Source: Haplodiscus bocki
Taxonomy: Eukaryota
Reading direction: 5' to 3'
Length of the DNA stretch: 64,000 nt
Assembly (NCBI GenBank): GCA_965655095.1
Contig: OZ296658.1
Coordinates: 61,690,001 to 61,754,000 of the forward strand
Positions 39,070-52,900 of the stretch are shown one piece after another; the first letter of the stretch is position 1; each line of letters starts with the position of its first letter. The translations under genes and the position numbers were made by a program. Under the pieces are notes generated by a model. The model searched no databases, was not told where the DNA came from, and was given only the letters and a program-made list of their open reading frames with translations.

Positions 39070-39799
39070 AAAATATGAAGAATATGAGGTTCAATCTTTT
39101 TTAAATTTAAAAAATCTTACAAATCTTGTAAGGTATAATAATTTCAATCCAAAATTTAATATGCATTATTCTTTTAAATTTTCTAAAAAATTTATGTTGT
39201 CTAGAATTATCCAAGATCGAGTTCCTTTTTCTACTATATTTGGAATGCGCATGAATTTTACTATTGCTATTAGAGAAATGACATATGATTACCACGTTAA
39301 ACAAACAAAACTGATGTGTGAAATAAAATCAAACGAGATGATAGCCAGAAATCCTAATCTAATAAGTTTTTTAAATAGAAATACAACCCATCTATTGATT
39401 GCAAAATACTCTCGTATTCCCTACTGTTGATAAGCAGAAAAGTGCGATCTTTTATTAACCGTTTGAAATATTTTTATCCAAATAAACAGATAGTGGTAAT
39501 AGTGATGTTTTTTATTTTGTGAAAATGATGGTGAATATAGAATATATTGTGATGTTTGTGATAAATTATCTTTAGAAAGATTTTATGAAATGCATCTGAA
39601 ACCAAAATCTCACACGAATAATTTCTAATAAAGACAACGATTCAATAACACAAATGTGAACAATGAATATTTTTTCACATAAAGTAAATGTATTTGATGG
39701 TAAATACTGAAGAACCAAAAGATTTCATTAGATCTACAGAATAAAAAAACGAAGACCATAATACCAATATCAAATTTTTACTTGTCTCAATACCAACAA

Positions 39800-40502
39800 A
39801 AATATTGTTTTTTTAATAGGTTCAGTAATTTACACAAGGATTAAACCCGTAAAAATCAATCTTTTTACCAAATTGATTTTCAAATATTGTTAACGAATTT
39901 CATAAAATAAACATTTAATCCACAAGTTTACATCAAGACTTATATCAAAAATTAAATAAGTTTTTTAGTAAATATATACCTGTTAAAATATTACCGAACT
40001 TTTTGATTGGAAAAGATATAAATTTAGTAAGTTAAGCAATTTTTAATCTTGAAGACTCTGAAAAATCAGATACTGAAATTGAAACATATGACTCAAAGGA
40101 AGAACTAAATTTCCCTCAGGATTATGAAATTGGAGGTATAAACATCCTAGATGATTTAAATGAAAAAGAGATGAACAATCCACGAGTACAAGCTATGTTT
40201 GAATGGACTCGTCATAGTAATTCATGTATTTCTATAATATCTCAAAGTTACTACGAGTAAACAAAACCAACTATCAGAGCTAATGGAATTATCTATCATA
40301 TTTTTAAACCTAACAATTACCGAGATGAACAAAAGATTTATCAAGATAAAGCAAGTCTGGCTATGACACTTAATGAATTCAATTACTTAACTAGAACAAA
40401 AAAAATCAACCTCTTTTTAATGATATGACTTAAGATAAGTATACCGGTCGTTAACGATTAGGACAAAAGACTTTATTCGTCCCAGATAGCTCTCCTTTTT
40501 AA
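39800..40502 (+). pseudogene. Packaging ATPase, copy 2 (Walker A deleted)
   Basis: Duplicate of 29530-30282 lacking ~82 bp: aaacccgtaaaa joins directly to atcaatctttttacca at ~39855. Confidence 0.88.
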
Positions 40503-40509
40503 AACAACT

Positions 40510-41384
40510 AAATAGGTATAAATCATAATGTAACTGAACAAGATTTAATTAATTTACGTAAGTTAGCAGAACAACAAATAAAGCAAAGAGCTGAAAAAAT
40601 TGGAGAAAGAATTTCAAAACAAAATCATGATGAAGAAATTACAAGAAACTTTTAAACCTCGAACTAAAAACTTAAAAGCTGTTGATAAATCTACTGAAAA
40701 ATTGAGAAGACTATTAAAAATACAGATTCTGAAAACACTCAACCACAACCAGCTACAGAAAACAAACTAGAAGATCCACATCCAGGTTTACTATACGAAA
40801 GTTCTTTGCGAAAAATCATCAACAAATACTAAAACAGCAATCGAATTTTGAAACAGAAGAGAGAAATAATGGTGATGTATTCTGGAATAAAATACCGATT
40901 AAAAAATTGGGTGGATGAAGACTGCACATCGGTAATGATAAATACAGTACAAGCCATGTTTTTCAAGGTGTCTTTACTGATGAAACAGAAAAATGAAACA
41001 GAAAGTTGAATGATAGAGAATAACATATTATAACACTTTTTAAAATCTAAAACACAAAGATTACATACCCAAACCGGGAGAAACCAAATCACCTACAAAA
41101 ATATTGAAAATAACCTCAGCGATCATGTTCAAAAAAATTTGAATAGAAATATTGACATCGCTGAAGAATCTGATGATTTAGAAGGACAAGGATTGAAAAA
41201 TATTATTCCATCCAACAATATCGATTTTTATAAAAGACTTGAGAGGTTACTGGGGTTGAAGTTATCTGGCCGTACCGACAGTCTCACAAAAGCTTGTAAT
41301 CTAATTGATGATATTTACAGCAGGGGTGAAGTACAAAACAAAGAACAAAATCGAAAAGATCTTGATAAGTTTAATTCTAATTAA
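40510..41384 (+). pseudogene. Uncharacterised Polinton protein with LEGQG site, copy 2
   Basis: ORF 41139..41384 is identical to 30919..31164. Confidence 0.5.
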
Positions 41385-42180
41385 ACGGAATTACCAAGTC
41401 AAATTTTGAAACAAATTGCTTTCAATACGAGATCTAAGGTAGAAGAGCATATGTTAATCGTTATGGAGAAAACAGTACATGAAGAGAATTTATTTGAGCC
41501 ATTACAAACTAACAAAAGACAATTTTCAACAAGTATTACCTTTTTAACTGCATATAACGGTATTTTTATTGCCACAACCAAAAAGAATATATTGTTTTTC
41601 TGAAAATTAATTCAAGATGATAATTTCAACGTTTTTACCAGCTCACCAGGAGCAAAAAGAACTATAAAGCTTAAACGAAGAAACCAAGCGAACTATTATT
41701 AAAAAAGGCTATTTTATAAAACAAAAATATTCATTTCCCTTCAAACGTATTTTCTCCACTCTTGGTTCTAATATTGAAACTGAACCAAATATTATGGGCA
41801 GTCAAATTAATTTTACTGTTGATGATAGTTTGAGAGATTTCTTAGGATTTGAACTGGTTGTTTTACATGAAAAATTTAATTCATCACCCAATCCAATAGA
41901 TATGTTGTCGTTTGATAACATTTTCATTGAAACAAATATTGCAATAGGAATGATATTTAACGGCAAATGGACTGGAATAATGTACAATTTTACTATGGAA
42001 GTTAATCCCGTGTTGAAATGGATTGAGACTTTCAGAGGATGAGTACAGTGGTATATGACGGAGCCAAGAGATTTTATTTCAAATATCAGTTTTATATTAA
42101 AATTAAAAACGTAAATTTGGCATCTTTTAACGGCAAGAACTTAAATTCTTCATTATCAATCACAGAAATTTCTACTACTA
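41385..42180 (+). pseudogene. Minor capsid protein, copy 2
   Basis: Duplicate of 31165-31960 with an extra CGA>TGA stop at 42040. Confidence 0.72.
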
Positions 42181-42329
42181 AATACCAAGGACATTATTAG
42201 AGCCGAGATTACATGTTAACAAAAGTAAACAGAAAAAACCTTAAATACAAAATACTACATCAACATTACCTCCAAATTTACAATAAAAGAACAATAATTT
42301 TTATCAGGAAATGGTTTTGTAGTATATAA

Positions 42330-43611
42330 ATAAACCTTGAAGATCTTCAAATAAAGGATGATGCTACGGTTGATACATCAATTTTTGAGAGAGGTCGTAT
42401 GAAATTTTATCACCAACGAGGTGCAAATTTAAACGACTGCGATAAAAATGTTGAATTCGTTTTCGGTGGAAATAAAAAGTATCACCAGATCGGTAATGCA
42501 TTCGTGCAATATGAAATAACAGTACAAAAAGATGAAGATAATCAAGGTGATTGACTTCTTGCTGAAAATGATGCTACTAGACTAACAAATATTGCTTTTG
42601 CGTATTGTTTCAAGGAGGCTAGATTATCATCGACGTGATCTTCAGATATAGAACACAATAAATATGTAGGGTCAGTTAGTACGATTACGAGAGCATTAAG
42701 AAATAAAGTTGGAGATCTATTACAACACATTGCTAAAAGTGATGAAACTGCAGCCCAAATTGATAAAACATCACTAAAGCATCTTCTTGTTAACAACCAG
42801 AACAAAGCTGCTAACAAAAGTAAAATTAGGGGGTATTGCCATTAGAGTAGATTTTCAGATTTTGAAGAACTTTCAGAAAATAACTAACCAATTAGGATTT
42901 CATCTAACAATTAAGACCACTGATTTACAGGATATCATTTAAACAACTTTAGCTAATGATTTTACAAAAGTGTTTGATAATTTTTTTAATAGTTCCAAAA
43001 TTCTTACCTGATGCTCAAACACAAAAAGGGTTTAATGATTCTGTTAAAAACAATTTCACACTATCATTTGTTTCATATAATGCTGATAGAAATACTATTG
43101 ATACACACTTCAAATATCAAGTTGATATAAGATCAGCTCAAAATAGTAACAGTCTAAAAATTTTAATAGTAGCTCATCAAACAGCTGATAGAATAGGAGT
43201 TCCGAACAAAGCAAAAAGGTATTGCAGCTTTTGTTTGTTTGAATATTCGGAAATATCATGTCCATATCGATGGTTTAAGACATCAACGAGATGGTGTTAG
43301 TATATGTTATACATCAAATGATTATATCGATCAGTTCTGTGATTTCAAACTTTTTTGTAAAGAGTATGTTGGGGAACACTTGTTTAATCTTTTTACATGT
43401 TATACTGGTATGAAAAATATTTATCCGTTTCAAGTAATCGATCTTAGATTTCAAGTCGATCATATTACACCTCAAAAACTTCAATTGCATGAAAAATTTA
43501 GGGGTGCTACTGATATTGTAATATTACTAGGCTGTTTAGGTTAATAATTAGACGTAGAGAGATTGAAAAAGTCTCTAATGAAAAAAAATTACCTGAAATT
43601 ATAGTTTTTAA
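42330..43611 (+). pseudogene. Major capsid protein, copy 2
   Basis: Duplicate of 32110-33391 with shared stops and frameshifts. Confidence 0.75.
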
Positions 43612-43613
43612 AA

Positions 43614-44017
43614 ATGACAATATTTAATTCAAAAGCTTTCATGAACAAATATAATAATAAAAGGATACTATGAATGATTCTGAGTTTTAAAAAATTATAG
43701 TTATTCTATATGACCTAGAGAGTCAAAAAAAGAAACCTAGAGATGGAAGATTTCTTAATATTGATGATGGTAGCATTGGTGGAATCCATTTGACTTGATC
43801 TTTTAAAGAAGATAGCAAATCATTCTATTTTGAGTCGTTTGGTGGACATCCAGCCTAACGAATTTTTTTTCAACAACCACCAACACCATTAGTTTTTCAT
43901 AATTATAAAATTCAAGATGTAAATTCAAAGTTAGGTGGATCTTTTTGTTCATACTTCTTTTATCCAATAAAACGAATGAACGTTTACAACGCTGTATTAA
44001 AAAAGTTTTTTGGTTAA
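43614..44017 (+). pseudogene. Cysteine protease, copy 2
   Basis: FLNIDDGSIGGIHL...YFESFGG...IQDVNSKLGGSFC. Confidence 0.88.
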
Positions 44018-44021
44018 ATAA

Positions 44022-45330
44022 ATGCCAATAAATTTATTTGGTAATAATTTACATAATTCTGAAAACAAAGTTGATACAAGTGCATTTGTACGAAATAAAT
44101 TTTTGAGAAATAATTACATTGAGAGTAGTATTGAAGAGGATATTGATATCAAAAATCAATTTGAAATTCAAAATCTGGAAGATTCAATCAACAATCGGTA
44201 TGCAGCATCAAAAAATCATGTTGATGATAAAATTTACCGATCCATCAAAAAGAAAAAACACCGCACATGTACATTTCAGTGATAAAACTCTTAATAACGT
44301 TCGATATGTAAAAGTAAACAGCATGCCAGCAGTTGGAGAACATTTAACGGCGAATTTTTATGTCCATCAAGCTTTATCTAATTGTGTCAATGAACTCTCT
44401 TTCATAAGGTTGGGTCCTGATGAAAATATAGAATTAGACAAAAAATCTTCAAAAGTTCCTAATTTTTTCGTCGACAACACACAAAATAATAATAGAAATA
44501 ACTATAAAAATTTTTTATGACAGCTTACCTGAAAACAGTAGGAAAAAACGAGATTCATCAACAAAATTTAACGACTAAGGTAATGAATTCGATAAAATTA
44601 AAATCACAAGTTTGGCTAGTATTACCGTTAATAGAGATCTCAATTCAGATATTGAAAAAGCGAACAAAAAAATGTCCATGACACAATTGGTGATGGTAAC
44701 ATTCTAAGATTTAATCAATCACAAGATAACTTTTCCAGATTATCCGTAGGATATGATGTAAATATTCTTGGTAAATATGATAGAGTACATATTACATACA
44801 CAATCATATTTAAATATCCAAATTAAGGTGGTTATTTATTACAACAGTGGAAAATTGAAAATAACGATGAAAGTAATAATAGTAAAATAGCAAAATTCGT
44901 AAAGAGTTCGATATCAAAATCACTGATGGGATCCACGGGAGCAGCAAGTTTACCCCCAATCGGAAATGGTTTGAGGTATACAGAAACCAACTCAAATAAT
45001 TTCGGACCAAACGTTTATTGCAATTTGGAACGAACAGATATTATTCAAATTAGTAAAATTAGTTTTTATTGTAATAGATTTTCAGCTGAAAGCGTTCATA
45101 AAACAATGGGGATATTTCGAATTCGTTTTCTTTAAGGTCATAATACTTGGAGCACTAGATACAATTTACCTGAAAAAGACCGCTGTAGCAATTCATCAAC
45201 CCAATGGACATTAGTTAATTTACTTTTGTTTGAAGAGAACTATGGTTTCAAGTTATTCTATGATCAAGTTGATAACGCTCATGCCGATATGTGCTTTTGC
45301 AATAATACAAAAACACAATCTGTCCATTAA
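44022..45330 (+). pseudogene. Putative fibre protein with MAM-like head, copy 2
   Basis: Duplicate of 33801-35109 (ORFs 44022..44282, 44119..44520, 44926..45135). Confidence 0.55.
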
Positions 45331-45339
45331 CTGTAAAAG

Positions 45340-45573
45340 GTGAAATATTTTAAATTTTTATTCGAACCCATCCCCGATTATAGAAAGATTGTTTTATTAA
45401 TGTTTTTAATTAAACATGATGTAGATTTATTACACCAATGTGGATTTTTAAAAGACGATATTACAAAATTATGTATAGAGTGTAAAAATATACTACTGGA
45501 ACAAAAAGAATATTACTTAGACTATATTAAGAATATGGAAGAATCAATATTCGAAAAGATCTTAGAAAAGTAA
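45340..45573 (+). CDS. Small helical Polinton protein (77 aa); frameshifted in copy 1 at 35119-35351
   Basis: Open frame (V/M)KYFKFLFEPIPDYRKIVLLMFLIK...EKILEK*, tightly packed between neighbouring genes. GTG start, probably non-functional. Confidence 0.4.
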   Translation: MKYFKFLFEPIPDYRKIVLLMFLIKHDVDLLHQCGFLKDDITKLCIECKNILLEQKEYYLDYIKNMEESIFEKILEK

Positions 45574-45797
45574 ATGCAAGCAAATTTCGCAACAATGTTT
45601 AATGATCTTAGACATAAAATATCACCACTATTACTACTATCCCTCAAAGATCCAGATATATTAAAACAAAGCAAATTGACAGATGATGAAATAAATATAA
45701 TAAAAAATCTTGCTCTAGAAAAAATACATAGATAGAGAATGTTAAAAGGTTATACAAGCTTACAATTATTAGAAAAATATTTCCCGTTTTATAAAAA

Positions 45798-46405
45798 ATG
45801 GCTTATCCAAGTTTGAAAAATGAAAAACCAAATCTGTTTAAAATAACAACTGAAGTTGATGAAATGAAAGAAAATACAAAAATGAAAAATATGATTATGA
45901 GAAGATATTAAAATTTCTTCAAATTGATAGTGAATAATATAGTTGGAATTAAAAAAGTGTAAATAAAAAACATCTTGTTATTTATCACTGAATATTGAAT
46001 AGGATCGGGAACATCAATAACATCTAGTACTTTATCATTGGTTAATCCAAATATAGGAATACCAATAGCAAGCAGCTCTGCTTTTTGACATTGGTTGCTA
46101 TTTTAATAAAAAACGAATGTTTTCCAAAACTAAAAGTACGATATACTCAGTTCGGAGATTAGATAAATGAGAATAGTTTGTTATATCAAAAGACTTTGGA
46201 ACAATCGATCATAGATAAGAAAAGTTGATGAAGAGGAAGCTGCTGAATTAAAAAAGATTTAATATCATTGTCTTGATATAAGAAAAAAATTATGAAAACT
46301 ACTGAATTCAGAGTAGGAAACTTTTTGGGATAAATTCACTAAAGATAATATTAGTCAAGATCAAATATTTAAACTTTTGATTTTTTTTATCAAAAACGTT
46401 GTTAG
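45798..46405 (+). pseudogene. Hydrophobic-hairpin protein, copy 2
   Basis: Duplicate of 35576-36183. Confidence 0.45.
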
Positions 46406-46680
46406 TAAAAACATAAATGTCAAATTTAACTTTTTCGAAGTTACAAAGAAGATTTATGCTGATATTCAATCGAGTGCTCCTCCTGAATATACAGATTTAT
46501 AGTAATCAAAGGAGTTCGAATCAAAAACGAAGTTGTTGCTTGGGAGGACGTCATTACTCTAATTCAATTATTTTAATCGGATACGAGAAAGCGAACCCTA
46601 AGACAAACAAAATTGTTGAAACTAGAAAAGGAAATTGTGATAATTATAGGCGAGCTAAACGTCAAATTTTTACTAAGTGA

Positions 46681-47110
46681 ATGACACGAGTACAAGTTTT
46701 TAAAAAGATAAGAAGATAAGAAAATGTAAATATGGGCTTCGTAGTCCTATGTCTAAAGCTGCAAATTGCCATCTGAGTAAACATGGAACTATTTCAAAGC
46801 TACATGATAAGTGTCCTAATAATAAATGAGCCTGTCAGAAGCAAATAACTTTTACACCACATCAATATATGCTCGAGGGTGAATGAAAAGAAAGTAAGGT
46901 AAAGAAAACCATTCAAAGGTACTGAAAAACCTTGGAAGAAATTTCTTAAGCTAGTGTTGAATACATCTAGTCCATATTTTGGAATGGCTGTTGCAGCAAA
47001 AACAAGAATCTTGAAGGTCTACGGGCGGTTTTTTAAAATCAATAAGCGGAGGTAAAATTCTGAGTTTAACCGTTATGCCTGGATTAGGTCTAAGAATAAA
47101 AGAAAGGTAA
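46681..47110 (+). pseudogene. Putative core/membrane-lytic protein, copy 2
   Basis: Duplicate of 36459-36889. Confidence 0.45.
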
Positions 47111-47139
47111 TATATTTCAACAATTTTTTGTAAATCACA

Positions 47140-47784
47140 GTGGATTAAGTAGAGGGTTGTTCGTAAAGTAAAAAAAATTCTTTTAAGAGTAATTTTCACA
47201 AACAAAAATTATTAAAGGATGGTTTACATCCACAATGTATATCCTGTAGAAAAAATTATTGTGATGAAATTCAAGCGAAAAGTGAAAAATTTTATTCAGA
47301 AAATCCTGATGATAGGATGAATTAGAGTAAACATTTTTTTTCAACAAAACAAAAACAAAATCATGACTCGTCAAATTGAATGCACTAGAAAGAAGATAAA
47401 AACTGGTATTGGGTTTCGTTTAACCAAGAATACAAGATGTAGAATTTATGAAGCCGTGAAAGATATTTCAAAATCTTCCTCCACAATAGGTATATTAGGT
47501 ATAGATATTGATACTTATAAAAAAAGGATTGAATACCAATTTACACCACAGATGAATTGGAGCAAAAAAATCGATCAAGTCAAGCCAATCTGCTTATTCA
47601 ATATCACTATTGATGAAGAAATAAAAGAAGCAATTAATTGGAAAATTACACAGCCTTTACTCAAAGAATTTCACTCTCAAAATTGTATTAGATTTTTATT
47701 TCTATATTATCAACTATAACTTATTGAAGCCTATCACCTCCTCAGATTAAAAGAAGAAGGATTCAAGCAATATATTCATTGGTA
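47140..47784 (+). pseudogene. HNH/endonuclease VII-like nuclease, copy 2
   Basis: ORF 47363..47719: ...YQFTPQMNWSKKIDQVKPICLFNITIDEEIKEAINWKITQPLLKEFHSQ. Confidence 0.78.
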
Positions 47785-48578
47785 AAAATTATAGTAAAAC
47801 ACCTAGGAAGAATTATAAAACTAATAAAATAGTACATAATCACATCGATGAAAAACTGAGAATTGACCTAGCAGATTTTTCTGATTACAAAAATTCAAAA
47901 AAAAAGAGTTCACATATATATTCGTTATAACTGACAATTCCCTAAAATATACTCGGAACATCCCTCTGAAAAATAAAAATGCTAAAACTGTCACAAACGA
48001 ATTTCCAAAGATTCTATTAAGTTCAAATCGAAAGCATGTTAAAATAGAATCCGATCGAGGAGCTGAATTTTAAAATTCTCTTTTTACAAAAGTTCCTGGA
48101 AGTTAAAAATATATTATCATTATCAAGGGCCTAACATAGCTAAACCATTTGTCGGAACTATTCGCAATTCCCTAAAGAAATCAGTTTTCCTGAAAAGTAA
48201 CGCTGATTTGACATCTGAATTATCAACTGTCAGTAGAAATCATTCATAGCGCAGTTAAAATGATTCCTCATTAAAGTAGTAATAAAGCATTAAAAGAGAA
48301 GTCTGTTCAAATTGTCAACAAAAGAGAAAAAAAATTAAACTGAAATGTAAACTGGGACAGCTAGTTAGAACAGCTGATAATAAAAAGGTAATCCAGAAAG
48401 CTGATAGTACAAACTACAGCTACAAGCTTTATACATTAACAAAAGTCACTAAGGATACAATACCTAGCTATCGTATTGACCATTACCTAAAGGATACAAT
48501 AAAAATCTCTTAAGACCAACAAAGCTGAATCCTGACGAAAACAATCAAGTTATGAAAGAACTAAATTTATTTCAATGA
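47753..48578 (+). pseudogene. rve integrase, copy 2
   Basis: IDLADF...ITDNSLKY...KIESDRGAEF; stops and frameshifts present. Confidence 0.92.
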
Positions 48579-49590
48579 AAACATCGATTTTAAACGGGAC
48601 TGTCTGGAGATGAAAATATTCAAAAATATGCTAAAGAATGTAACAATTGCTCAAGTAATTCTTTCTTACCATATGATTTTGAATATACCTGTATATCATG
48701 TGAAAAAAGCGTAAATAAACGAAAAAACGAGCTAACAAGAAATCAACGAAAGATAACAAATTCTATTAACAGATTAAATTATGCTCAAAATGAAAAATTA
48801 TGAATTTGTAAAGCGGTATGAAAAGTCTGTGAAATTACTAAATATGATGAATTTCTCAAAGTTTTGTCAGAATTGAAAAAAAAATGATAAAGATATCCTG
48901 ATTGGAAAATTTACAGATACGAACGATTATCCTGATTTCGAACAACATTACTATCCAAGATCAGCTAGACTTATTTAGGAAATTGGACATGATAGTGTTC
49001 GAGTAATGAAATGGATGGTTTAAAATGATGGGTGTTATGACATTTTGAACTTATTCAATTTAATGGCGAGTGTTTCATCAGTTCTAAATATTGAAACACC
49101 TTGATGGTAATTATTATGTAGAAGTAAAAGATCATCGTTATAGAAGTCATCCCACCGAAAATAGAAAAATAAAGGAACGAAATCCTCCAAAGTCTTTGAG
49201 AAGTCAATATCAAGTACAAAATAATACTCAGATTAGGAAAAATCAAAAAATTATTGAAAATAAAAACAATGAAGTAGTAGTTAAAAATTATCTTTAAAAA
49301 ACACCTGTTATTCAAAAACCAAATTACAATCTAACAAATTCTCCTACTTGTAGGGGACAACATTGGTCAGAACCTAATAAAGGATGGTATAATCTGAATT
49401 GTGAGTAAAATTCATCAAAAAAATTTCCTATCAACAAACAAAAACATCAGACAGATAAAAAAAGTACTTAGACGAGAAAAAAACTTTTCTACAAGACTAC
49501 CATATGCTAATAAAAAGATCAGAGAATTGTTTCATTCAGTGGCTAATGCAAAATGTAACTCAACAGAAGACATTTATTTTAATTAGCAAA
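48575..49590 (+). pseudogene. Uncharacterised Polinton ORFs between integrase and PolB
   Basis: Broken frames including ORFs 49091..49297 and 49401..49586 with viral-like AT-rich composition. No family recognised. Confidence 0.35.
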
Positions 49591-49944
49591 GTTTATAACG
49601 TGACTCAATTTTAAAATCTAATCAATATATAAGTAAATATTAAGATGAAACGAATTGTAGAAGACGAAGTAATAGATTTCATTTCGAAAACGATCTGTTT
49701 GCTAAAAAAGATGATGGGATATGCAAAAATTAGCATGAAGTAATAGTTTCAACGAATTTGTACAGACTAAGCCTCAAGTTATTAGTATGAATAGTAAATA
49801 TTACGATTTATACTATACAGTTATTAAAAAAAGAGAGCAAAAAATGTTGAAGAAGAACAAAATAAAATTAACTTCTCAGAACATTTTTAATTAGAGAAAA
49901 ATGAGATCTCAGCTGGATTATCTCAAGCTTTTTATACTTATCAA

Positions 49945-52900
49945 ATGAGTGGTGAAAAGAAAAAAAACTGAAAATTTCACAACTAAAAAACGAATACTAA
50001 AAAAAAATAGATAGCCGATGAAGAAGGGATAAAAATTTTGAACGAAAAACAAATCAAAATAGAAAAACTAAGAAAATTGATTAAAATAACTGAAAATTCT
50101 CAGAAATAGAAATAGTTAGAAATAGAGTTAGTTATATTAAAATGTGAAAAAAACTCTCAAAACTTAGCTAATGAAATAAACGAACTAAATAAAATAGAAT
50201 TCTATGACCTGATTTTTTTTGAAATTAGAAATGATGTATTAGAAGATTATGATGGTGTGTTTGAAGTGGTTGGAAGCGTATTTGTGGGTGAAAATATTCG
50301 GAAAACTAAATTTAGGTTTAAAAATTTTGCAGATTTTGAAATATATTTCAATAGCCTTACTGAAAATGGATATGGAAGCGATGATTCTATTTTTACAGGA
50401 TAAATTTATAAAATAGAGACTTCAGCATTTAATCTTGTTAATCGTTTGGGATTTAAAAAAATCATTAATCCCAAACGATTAAAGATATCATTGAAGTGAT
50501 TGGTGACAAATGCTATCTTCCAGCTTCAACATATTTTTTCGTAAAAGGTTTCAAATTTTAAACTGGAAAAGATTATAAATAACAATTTTTGGAATTTACT
50601 AGACATCAAATTTGTAGATCTCTTGTAATGACTCAAGCTAGATGTCAACCATTTTGAAAGCCATTAATAATAACATTGGTTATTATAGTCGAAAAGAATT
50701 GTTTCCCAGAATCATTACAGAAAGAAGCAAAGCATTGTTTTTATTGAATAACGATTTTTGTTTGATATGGAATTCAGATGGGGTTGTTTTTATTATTGCT
50801 GTTGAAGAAGTACAATCAAAACTTAAAATCGTTGATACATAAAAAAAACAATGATAATGTTAATGGTTAATTTGAAAATTTATACAAAACTAAGGAAGTA
50901 GAAAACCAATTTACTAATTTCCTCGGATATGATATAAAAACACATCTTGATAGAAACAAGGCATCTCTATATTGTATATGTGTTGTTTGTAGACTAAATA
51001 AAATAGCTGCTAGATATATTCGTGGTTTGACAAAAGAAGAAATAAGCAAATGTAAACAGACGGAATTGTATTTGATGAAGATGATGATTGTATTCCCAGA
51101 ATGTCAAAAAGTTTGTTGACTTTGAAAGGAAAACCTTAAAAAGCAGCAAACAACAGAATTGTGAAATGTCGATTGCAAATGCAAGCTCATAACGGCTCAG
51201 GATTTCTTACATGGATAATTTTAAATAATCTTACTCGTGAAAAAAAATTTCTGAAATCATTAAATCTGGTGCAGGAATCACATCAATGAAAAATTTCAAC
51301 GGTTATGTCTTTGATGATAATAACAAATCGGTCCTCAATTTGTTTATTTTGATGTGGATTGACACATTTAATTAATTCGTTGAAAAAATTAGGAACTAAT
51401 TTTAAATTCAAAAAGAAATTATTAAAAAGGTAAAGAATCATGAAGATGTTTATTCTGATACTTGAAGAAATAAAAAAGATGAATGGTTGGATTATGTTGA
51501 AAACGATGTTTTATGTATGGCTTTTTTATATGCAAGGAATAGTAAATAAATGCAGAAAATATCTGGCTTTGGAATGAAGGATTGTCTATTGCTACCAAGA
51601 TTACGTTGGAAATATTTTAGTAGTTCAGGAGAAGAAAATGATGAGCCTATTTACACTTATAAAGACAAAAACATGCGATGGTTTGTACGACAGAAAATAA
51701 AAAGAGGACGAATAAGTGCTTACAACCAATACTATTTTTCTAATATATGTGATGAAATCTCAGAATGAATAGCTGATGAATTTAATACTGATTATGAGTC
51801 GTCAACAACGTATAAAGTTTTTGAAAAATGTTTAAAATATAGACGTCAACATAAAGAGATTTATGAAAAGGAATACAACGATCATATTCACGCTTATCAC
51901 AATTTTAAAGCAGAGGAAAAAAAATTATAAACAAATATTATGTAAATTACCAATTCTTTAAAACTTAATAAAATATGATTGAGGAGATTTGTTGATGGAT
52001 TTCGAAGCAACATCGCTTTAACCTTCTGCTATATGAGATGATGAAAATGTTTATCCAAAAATAGAAACATGCTATCTTTTTACACCGGATATGAACAACA
52101 ATCTCTCTGGGATGTTTCATAGTGCTTTTCAATCAAGGTCATGCTTTTTAAAAAGGAAAGTATTATAATCCACTGAATATAATACTTCAACATCTACCAG
52201 ATAAAGAATGAGTTTGAAAAATGAAGTAAATCGGACGCGACCGAGATATAATTTTGATACTTTGACATCAATAGATATCAAAGAAATTATACGAAGTGGA
52301 GGAAAACTAAATCAAATTTTTGAAGTTGTTGAATATAGTTAAAGTTTTAGAGTGAATCCTGTTAAAATAGTTACTGGTAGATTATTTGAATTGAAAATTT
52401 TTTTATAAGGATCAAGGTGATGAATTTATGGAATTGATTGCTAAACTGTAAAAGAATTCACTATATGGAGAGAAAAAAGAAAAGATATAGAAGAAGAATA
52501 TGTTTCTAAATCAGAATAAGAGGGCGTTGACTGAATATGATGGAAGAGCTAAAGGTTATTGGAGTATTGGAAATGGTAAATACATTGTTAAATTAGGTCA
52601 AGATGAAGGTAAGGAAGATGATAGTGATGAAGTAAATGTTATGCCTCTAAGTCTTGGTGCTTTTGTTCTACCAAATCAAGTAGTAAAAAAATAATGAATA
52701 ATTATATAGAAGCTTTTGGTGGGTTTATATCAAATGGTGTATACTACGGACATACCGATTCTTTATCATTTGAAAATAAGCATTGCAAAAAAATAGTTCA
52801 TAAAGGTTTAATTGGAGAAGACATGCTTCAAGAAAAAAAAACGATTATAAAAGTGGAGGCATTTGGTTTTCGTTGTTTTTAGCTCCGAATATAAAGAAGT

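Larger units (their letters stand above)
39070..49288 (+). repeat. Internal tandem duplication, copy 2 (~10.2 kb)
   Basis: Matches 28763-39069 and ends at gaagtagtagttaaaaat (49288), after which unique sequence resumes. Confidence 0.96.

Noticed and set aside
28763-49288. Two independent Polinton insertions in tandem
   Set aside because: There is no TIR or PolB at the junction, the breakpoint is mid-gene with microhomology, and inactivating mutations are shared.
30609-49315. Minus-strand ORFs within the Polinton (e.g. 30609..30872, 32322..32597, 36729..36983 and their duplicates)
   Set aside because: They are antisense shadows of the recognisable + strand viral genes, with no motifs of their own.
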